DNA of 15,853 nt from an uncultured Thermoleophilia bacterium. Lineage in GTDB: Bacteria; Actinomycetota; Thermoleophilia; UBA2241. The position numbers and the translations under genes were made by a program. The stretch covers positions 1 through 15,853 of the forward strand of contig CAVQSP010000018.1 in the NCBI GenBank assembly GCA_963715985.1, given 5' to 3'. Of the stretch, positions 9,680 to 15,853 are shown piece by piece. The notes beneath the pieces were generated by a model. It did no database searches, had not been told where the DNA came from, and saw nothing but the letters and a program-made list of their open reading frames with translations. The stretch's first letter is position 1; each line of letters opens with the position of its first letter.

Positions 9680-10188
9680 CGGCTGCAGACGAGGTGCGTC
9701 GGACGCGGCGCTGATGCGTGCCCGCCGGGGCCGAGTCGACCTCCCCCACTGCCAGTGCCTGGTGGACCTGACCAGACAGCTCTCGAACTCACGGGCCGAG
9801 CTGCAGCGCCTGGTTGATAGCGATCTCTCGGCATGAGGCCCGGCATCAGCGACCGGCGGCACGGTCGCCGGTCTCCTCAGGTGCACTCTGTGGACGACTC
9901 TCGAACCCGCGCCGTCGGCCTGCTCGGTGTCAGGCATGCGGCTGGAGAGCGACGACGATCGAGCCGGCCTTGCTGAAGAGGGTGAAGGACTTCGAGTACC
10001 CTTCTCGTTTCCAGATCCAACATACGGCGCAGGTGGGGGCTGGCGGCACGTCCCGGGTCGTGCCGCATACTCAGCGGCCGCAAGCGGGAACGTACGGAAA
10101 CAGGAATCTCGAACTGCACGTGGTGTCGACGCCGGCGGACCTGCGCCAGCGCACAGCAGCGCAGCCGGACAGTATGAGGAGCGAGCAG

Positions 10189-10719
10189 ATGACACCGATC
10201 GACGACCTGAAGAGCGGCGTGGTCGCCGCCAACGAGGGCCCATTCGTCGTGTCAGACCCATGCCCCGTTTGTCATGGGCAGGGCACCATCATCGAGCAGC
10301 CGTGCCCCGCATGTCACGGCACCGGGGTGCAGCGGTTCTACCACGGCACGAAGGCTGACCTGAAGCCGGGAGACACTATCGAGCCCGGCTACGCCTCCAA
10401 CTTCGGCACGAGGAAGAAGGCGAAGTACGCCTACCTGACCGGCACGCTGGATGCAGCCACCTGGGGGGCGGAGCTGGCCCTCGGCGAAGGTCCCGGCAGG
10501 ATCTACATGGTGGAACCGACCGGCCCGATCGAGGACGACCCCAATCTGACGGACAAGAAGTTCCCGGGCAATCCGACCAAGTCATACCGCTCCCGGGAGC
10601 CGCTGCGGGTCACGGGCGAGGTCACGGATTGGCAGGGGCACTCCCCCGAAGTGCTCAAGGCCATGAAGGACAACCTGGAGCGACTCAAGCGACGTGGTGT
10701 TGAGGCAATCGACGACTGA
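10189..10719 (+). CDS. arr: NAD(+)--rifampin ADP-ribosyltransferase with N-terminal DnaJ-type Cys-rich extension (176 aa)
   Basis: AGGAG RBS before ATG 10189. Arr motifs 'FYHGTKADLKPGD', 'AYLTGTLDAATWGAELA', 'GRIYMVEPTGPIEDDPNLTDKKFPGNPTKSYRSREPLRVTGEVTDWQGHSPE' and 'LKRRGVEAIDD'. The reading frame is intact. Confidence 0.93.
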   Translation: MTPIDDLKSGVVAANEGPFVVSDPCPVCHGQGTIIEQPCPACHGTGVQRFYHGTKADLKPGDTIEPGYASNFGTRKKAKYAYLTGTLDAATWGAELALGEGPGRIYMVEPTGPIEDDPNLTDKKFPGNPTKSYRSREPLRVTGEVTDWQGHSPEVLKAMKDNLERLKRRGVEAIDD

Positions 10720-10796
10720 CCGGGCGGCGCTCGGCGGGAGGTCGGCGACCGGGTACGCGGAAGATGTCTTCTTGCAGGGCGAAAGCGTTGTCGTTC

Positions 10797-10830
10797 TGAC
10801 AACGTGGTGGACCCGGCAGGAGTCGAACCC
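10797..10830 (-). repeat. tRNA 3'-end fragment (T-arm, acceptor 3' strand, CCA) plus trailer; att-like direct repeat of 3..36
   Basis: tgacaacg-tggtggacccggcaggagtcgaacc vs tgacaacgctggtgggcccagcaggactcgaacc at 3..36: 3 substitutions and 1 indel by manual alignment. The minus strand reads GGGTTCGACTCCTGCCGGGTCCACCA with no D-arm or anticodon arm upstream. Confidence 0.72.
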
Positions 10831-10881
10831 GAGGTCACGGCCGACCCGCCCCTGGCCGGCCCGACGGCGTAGCACACAGCT

Positions 10882-10920
10882 GAAGCGAACGAGGCCGGGG
10901 CCGCTTTCGCGGCCCCGGCC
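10882..10920 (-). terminator. Intrinsic terminator-like hairpin downstream of the fix/etf operon (possibly bidirectional)
   Basis: Perfect 12-bp stem ggccggggccgc (10893-10904) / gcggccccggcc (10909-10920). The loop reads GAAA on the minus strand and is followed by TCGTTCGCTTC. It lies between convergent arr and fixB. Confidence 0.75.
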
Positions 10921-11020
10921 CGGTGCGTCCCGGCGGAGCCGTCTCTCTCCGCCGGGGACAGTCTGGCTGTGACGGGTGGCGAGGCGGCGGACGGCCGGAG
11001 CCCGGCCACCGCCCGCCGCG

Positions 11021-11969
11021 TCACACGCTCTTGAGGCGCTCGACGAGCGCCGGCACCACCTCGTAGAGGTCACCCACGATGCCGTAGTCGGCCATCGCGA
11101 AGATGGGCGCCTCCTTGTCCTTGTTGACGGCAGCGATGAGCTTGGCGCCGGCCACGCCCACGGTGTGCTGGATCTGGCCGGAGACGCCGACGCTCAGGTA
11201 GAGGTCGGGGGCCGTCTTGGCGCCGGAGAGGCCGATGATGCGGTCCTCGCCGAGCCACTCGAAGTCGGCGAGGCTCTTGGTGCAGCCCACGACGGCGCCC
11301 AGGGCGCCCGCGAGCTCGTCGCCGAGGGCGAGGTCCTCGCGGGCGTTGAAGCCGCGGCCGACGCCGACGATGAGCGGGGCGGCGTCCAGGTTCACGTGGT
11401 CGCCCTCTTTCGGGCGTCTGGATGACAACCTTCACCTTCGAGCTGACGTCGAGGGTGGGCGTGACGACCGCGCCTGCCCCGGCCGTCGCAGCCCTCGGCG
11501 CTGAACGTCTTGGGCATCACGGCGAACACCTTGACGGCCGTGCCCAGCTTCTCGCGCGCCACGGTGGCGCCGCCGAAGGCGTAGCGCCCGGCGACCAGGT
11601 CGCCGCCCTCGGCGACCAGGCTGTTGACGTCGGTCACGCAGCCGGCGCCGAGCTTCTGCGCCAGCCTCGGCGCCGTCTCCTTGCCGCGGCGCGTGGAGCC
11701 GACGAGCACGACGCTCGCGCCGGCCTGCTCCACGATCTGCGCGAGGCCGGCGGCCACGGCGTCGGCCGGCCAGCCCTCGAAGGCGGCGTCTTCGCTCACG
11801 TACACGGTGTCGGCGCCGGCGGCGGCGAGCTCGCTCGCCGCGGCTCCGGCGCCCGGCCCCAGGGCCACGGCGCTCACGCCGAGGCCGAGGGCCGCGCCAA
11901 GTCCTTGCCGCCGGCGACCAGCTCGCGGGCGGTATCGACTCTCTCGCTGTAGACGAGCAGCTCGGCCAT
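11021..11969 (-). CDS. fixB: Electron transfer flavoprotein alpha subunit (FixB family); apparent frameshifts ~11895 and ~11420-11490
   Basis: MAELLVYSER..., 'AGADTVYV', 'GKETAPRLAQKLGAGCVTDV', 'RYAFGG', and the FAD domain 'VGVGRGF...GLSGAKTAPDLYLSVGVSGQIQHTVG...AVNKDKEAPIFAMADYGIVGDL'. Confidence 0.9.
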
Positions 11970-11971
11970 CG

Positions 11972-12750
11972 TTACCTCCCCAGGACGCCTTCGCGTATCA
12001 GTGCATCGACGAAGGCGTCGGCCTGCTCGGCCGCGCTGCCCTCGAACAGGATGTGCTTGCGGTCCTGCTCCTCCGCCAGGTTGCTGACGATCTCGCGCAC
12101 CGGCGCCGGCGCCTCCGACGCCGAGGTCGGCCAGGCTCCACACCTGCATCGGCTTGCTCTTGGCCTTCATGATCTGCATGAGCCCGGGGATGCGCGGCTC
12201 GTTGATCTCGCTGACCACGGTGACCGCGGCCGGCAGCGGCGCCTCGAGCGTCTCCAGCATGTCGTCCATGCTGCGCTCGCAGCGCACCACGCCGCCTTCG
12301 GCCGGCCTCGAGCTTGCGCGCGTAGCCGATCTGCGGCAGGTCGAGCAGCTCGGCCACGCGGGCGCCCACCTGGCCGGTGTAGTTGTCCGTCGAGCCCTCG
12401 CCGAAGAGCAGCAGGTCGCAGGCCCCGATCTTCTTGACGGCGGCGGCGAGCGCTGCCGCCACCGCCGCCTGGTCCGGCTGGGCGAGTGCGGGATCGTCGA
12501 TGACGACGGCCTCGTCGGCGCCCATGGCCAGCGCGTACTTGATGTCCTCGGCCGCCTTGCGGTTGCCCTCGGCCAGGCACAGCGCCACGACCTTGCCGCC
12601 CACGGCGTCGCGGAGCACCACGGCCGCCTCGAGGGCGTTCTTCTCGAGGTCGCCGATCTTGTACGGCACGGCCTCGGTGACCGCCTCGCGGTTCTTGATG
12701 CGGACCATCTGCAGGTCCGGGTTGGTCTTCACGCAGACGACGATGTCCAC
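11972..12750 (-). CDS. fixA: Electron transfer flavoprotein beta subunit (FixA family); apparent frameshifts ~12303 and ~12105
   Basis: GGAGG RBS, GTG start. 'DIVVCVKTNPD', 'ALAMGADEAV', 'GEGSTDNYTGQVGARVAELLDLP', 'LPAAVTVVSEINEPRIPGLMQIMKAKSKP'. Ends ...LIREGVLGR with TAA at 11972-11974. Confidence 0.9.
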
Positions 12751-12763
12751 GCCGTCACCTCCT

Positions 12764-13045
12764 TCAGCTCATCCGGTACTGGACCCCGTACGGCCCGCTG
12801 GGATACGTCCAGCTGAGCGCCCGGTGGTCGCAGCAGATCAGGCAGGTGCCGCACTCGAGGCACCCCTCCCAGTTCACGGTCATGCGGCCCTGGTCGTCGC
12901 GCTCGTACAGGTCGGCCGGGCACACGTAGATGCAGGCCTCGTCGGTGCACACCGTCTTGCACACGTCGGTGTCGATGACGATGTGCGGCTCCTTGTCGAG
13001 CTTGAAGACGTCGAGGCCGAGCTTGGCGTCGATCTTCATCGGCAT
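12764..13045 (-). CDS. fixX: FixX-type ferredoxin-like protein
   Basis: 93 aa with 'CKTVCTDEACIYVCPADLY' and 'GCLECGTCLICC...WTYPSGPYGVQYR'. GGAGGAG RBS; directly follows fixC. Confidence 0.93.
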   Translation of the reverse strand: MPMKIDAKLGLDVFKLDKEPHIVIDTDVCKTVCTDEACIYVCPADLYERDDQGRMTVNWEGCLECGTCLICCDHRALSWTYPSGPYGVQYRMS

Positions 13046-13058
13046 GGCTCCTCCCCTC

Positions 13059-14353
13059 TCAGATCTTCCGCATCGACCAGGCGTCCTTGACGGTCGCCAG
13101 GCTCATGAAGTCACGCTTGACGCCCTTCCAGGCCTTCTTGACGTGGCCGGCCTGCGGCTGGTCGTCGATGGTGTAGATGCTCTCCAGCAGCCGGCCGACG
13201 GCCTCCGGGTAGTGCGTGAAGAGGCGCGGGTTCTCCATGAAGTTGGGGATCTCCCGCGCCGTCTCAGGTCGCGGAGCACGAAGCTGTCGCGCAGCGACTG
13301 CCTCGTAGGAGGCGAGGCCGGCGGCGGAGAAGTCGCCGGCCGCCTTCGGCCTTCTTGACCGCCTCGGCGGCGAAGTAGCCCGAGGCGATGGCGAAGTCCA
13401 TGCCGCGCACGGTGACGAGGGCGTTCAGGCTGAGGCCGGCGGTGTCGCCGGCGACCAGGTAGCCGTCGCCGGCGAGCCTGGGCACCTGGCTGATGCCGCC
13501 CTCGGGGATCGCGTGCGCCGAGTACTCGGCCACGGTGCCGCCGGCGACCAGCGGCCTGATCTGGGGCAGCTCCTTGAACTCGTCGAGGAGCTGCCAGCTC
13601 TCGGTGCCGTCGCGCCGGCGGCGCATGGCCTCCATGCCCACCACCATGCCCAGCGAGATGCTGTCCTTGTTGGTGTAGAGGAAGGCGCCGCCCATCATGC
13701 CCTTGGTGCAGCGTCGCCCATGAAGAGCTGCGCGGCGCCCTCGCCCGGGTTCAGGTGCCAGCGGTCCTCGATGACGCCGGCCGGCAGCTCGATGATCTCC
13801 TTGTAGCCGAGCGCGTGGTGCCTGGCCTGCGGCTCCGGGCGCCAGGCCGGCCGCGCTGCTCAGCAGCCGCAGCACGCCCTCGGCGACGATGACCACCTGC
13901 GCGCCGATCTCGTCGCCGCCGGCGCGGATGCCGATGATGCGGCCGTCCTTGCGCAGCAGCTCGTCGACCTTCATGTTGGGCACCACCATGGCGCCCTTCT
14001 CGGCGACCTTGTCGGCGAGCCACTGGTCGAGCCTGGCACGCATCACGGTGTAGCTCTGCGGCTTGTCCGCCGGCGAAGCGGTCGGAGGCGATCTCCACGG
14101 TGGTGTGGGCGCCGTCGGCCATCATCGTGACCAGCTCGCGCGCCACCGGGCGCTCGAACGGCGCCTCCTCCCAGAGCTCCGGGTAGCAGCGCCGGATGGG
14201 TTTCACGTACAGGCGCCCGCCGGTGACGTTCTTGGCGCCGGAGTAGTCACCGCGCTCGAGGACCATGACCTCGACGCCGGCCGCGGCCAGGCCGTAGGCC
14301 GCGGAGAGGCCGGCGAGGCCGCCACCGACGACGATGCATTCGACTGTTTCCAT
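13059..14353 (-). CDS. fixC: FixC-type FAD-dependent ETF:quinone oxidoreductase; several apparent frameshifts
   Basis: 'CIVVGGGLAGLSAA', 'LERGDYSGAKNVTGGRLY', 'EEAPFERPV', 'RARLDQWLA', 'GGAFLYTNKDSISLG', 'EYSAHAIPEGG', 'VAGDTAG...VRGMDFAIASG'. Ends ...VKDAWSMRKI with TGA at 13059-13061. Confidence 0.9.
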
Positions 14354-14389
14354 GTGGCGGCCTCCCTCCGGCCTCGTCGGTCCGCGTTC

Positions 14390-15621
14390 TCAGTCTTTGA
14401 ACGGGTTGTGCGTCTCGCCCCACTCGTCGCGGGCGATGACGCCGCGCATGATCATGAGGCCGCCTTCGGCGCCCACCTCGTAGCTCATGACGCCGCGCAG
14501 CAGCATCTCCAGCGGCGTCTCCTTGGTGTAGCCGAAGGCGCCGTGGTACATCATGCCGTGCCGGGCGATGTCGTGGCACAGCGCGGGGCCAGGCACTTGC
14601 AGGTGCTGATGACCTTGTTGATCTCCTTGCGCCCGAAGCTGCCGGGGTTGGTGTGCTCCTGGCCGATCATCCAGGCGCCGCGCAGCAGGTTGAGCTTGAG
14701 CATGTCGAGCTGCATCCAGTCGTCGGCCATCTCGAAGGAGATGCCCTCGTACTTGCCGAGCGGCTTGCCGAACGTCTTGCGCTGGGCGGTGTACTCGCCG
14801 CTGATCTCGAGCGCCTTCTCGGCCCCGCCGAGGCAGGCGGCGGCCACGAGCACGCGGGCGGCGTTGAAGCCGTCCATGACGACGTAGAAGCCCTTGCCCT
14901 CTTCCCCGAGCACGTACTTCTCGGGCAGCTCGACGTCCTTGTAGATCCAGCCGCCGGTGCTGAGGCCCATGCGGCCCATGTCCTCGTAGGTGGTGGAGGA
15001 GATGCCGTCAAGGTGGGCGGGGACCCAGATGAAGGTCATGCCCTTGTAGGTCTGCGTGGGGTCGGTCTTGACGAGCGTGCAGTGGCCGCTCGGGGCGCCC
15101 CACTTGGCGCACTCCTTGGGACCGCAGACGTAGGCCTTCTCGCCGTTCAGGACGTAGGCCTGCTTCTCCTCGTTCCACGGGGCCACCGTCTTGATGGCGG
15201 CGAGGTCGGAGCCGCCGCCGGGCTCCGTGGTGTTGATGCCGGCGAACGCCTTGCCGGCGGCCACGGCCGGGAGCAGCTCCTGCTTGAGCTCCTCGGTGCC
15301 GTACCGGTTGACGATGTACGACCAGCCGATGGTGAGCAGCGTGTAGACCGGGGTGCTCATGCTGAGGTCGGCGCGCGCGATCTCGTGCACCGTGATCATG
15401 GCGTAGATGAGACGCTCGTCGTCGGGCAGCGGCATGCCGCCGTACTCCTCGGGGATGGTGACGCCGAACATGCCCAGCTCGGCCATGCCGGCGGTGATGT
15501 CGTCGGGGATGCCGTCCTCGGCCTCGTCGATGGCGCGAGCGCGGGGCTCGAGGTTCTTGGTCAGCCACTCGCGGATGGCCTGACGGTACATCTCCTGCTC
15601 GGTGGTGTAGCGGAAGTCCAT
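14390..15621 (-). CDS. Acyl-CoA dehydrogenase family protein; one apparent frameshift ~14585
   Basis: GAGGAGG RBS. 'MDFRYTTEQEMYR', 'LGMFGVTIPEEYGG', 'TTEPGGGSDLAAIKT', 'LNGEKAYV', 'MDGFNAARV', 'YTAQRKTFGKPL', with the C-terminus 'YHGAFGYTKETPLEMLLRGVMSYEVGAEG' in the 14390..14596 frame. Confidence 0.92.
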
Positions 15622-15656
15622 GCAGCTCCCTCCTCAGGGACCGGTGATGTCCCCCG

Positions 15657-15703
15657 GAAAACGCGAAGACCCCCAGGGGACGCGGATGCGTTCGCTGGGG
15701 GTC
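15657..15703 (-). terminator. Terminator-like hairpin in the 5' leader of the acyl-CoA dehydrogenase gene
   Basis: gacccccag (15668-15676) pairs perfectly with ctgggggtc (15695-15703), with further inner pairing. On the minus strand it is followed by TTCGCGTTTT. Confidence 0.5.
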
Positions 15704-15765
15704 CATGACCTGTAGCGCAGAGGGCGGAGACGGCGCCCGACTGCGGTCATGTGTGCAGCGGCGCA

Positions 15766-15795
15766 ATCATAGGCCGGGCCGGCGCAGGCGCGCAA
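15766..15795 (-). promoter_or_regulatory. Putative sigma70/HrdB-type promoter of the acd-fixCXAB operon
   Basis: Minus strand TTGCGC (15795-15790), 18 nt spacer, TATGAT (15771-15766). An AT-rich -10 match stands out against the high-GC background. Confidence 0.5.
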
Positions 15796-15853
15796 GCCCG
15801 GCCGTTTCGACAAGGTGGAGGAATATTCGGCCGTGTGTACGACCCGGCGGCCC

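Noticed and set aside
9814-10188. 125-aa N-terminal extension of Arr (ORF 9814..10719)
   Set aside because: No recognisable domain and no clear RBS, whereas ATG 10189 has an AGGAG RBS. Open frames of this length are common at high GC.
3-10830. A classical 10.8 kb genomic island between the two tRNA-end repeats
   Set aside because: The fragment lies upstream of the intact tRNA, excision would delete tRNA-Ile2, and no integrase lies between the repeats.
10805-10890. A complete second tRNA or a tmRNA
   Set aside because: Only the T-arm, acceptor 3' strand and CCA are present. I found no D-arm, anticodon arm or matching 5' acceptor strand at the proper distance.
10983-11019. GC-rich hairpin right after the fixB stop (ggccgg/ccggcc)
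   Set aside because: Short, imperfect and without a U-tract. The perfect 12-bp stem at 10893-10920 is the better terminator candidate.
93-15766. The many long Arg/Gly/Ala-rich overlapping and antisense ORFs in the six-frame track
   Set aside because: They are shadow frames of high-GC genes or frameshift run-ons, with no family motifs.
1-15853. CRISPR array, IS element or integron attC sites
   Set aside because: I saw no regularly spaced repeats, no transposase or integrase ORF, and no convincing attC structure around arr.

Overview
A very GC-rich bacterial window, probably Actinomycetota and possibly an anaerobe; this is inferred from gene content, not a taxonomic assignment. Most long genes carry single-base frameshifts, which look like long-read indel errors. 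Left to right: tRNA-Ile2(CAU) (-); a divergent AI-2E family membrane protein (+); a minus-strand run transcribed as class III nucleotide cyclase/STAND ATPase, family-5 ABC solute-binding lipoprotein, stand-alone DmsA-like molybdoenzyme, then a small membrane protein; a ~1.6 kb plus-strand accessory patch with a broken BrnT toxin, a BrnA antitoxin and a rifampin ADP-ribosyltransferase (Arr); and a minus-strand acyl-CoA dehydrogenase-fixC-fixX-fixA-fixB operon. The most notable observations are four. Arr carries an N-terminal DnaJ-type CxxCxGxG zinc-finger fragment. A degenerate copy of the tRNA-Ile2 3' end plus its trailer bounds the arr patch, with weaker copies on the other side of arr. The cyclase-STAND gene is translationally coupled to an orphan solute-binding protein. 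A multi-hairpin, terminator-like leader precedes the acyl-CoA dehydrogenase/ETF operon.
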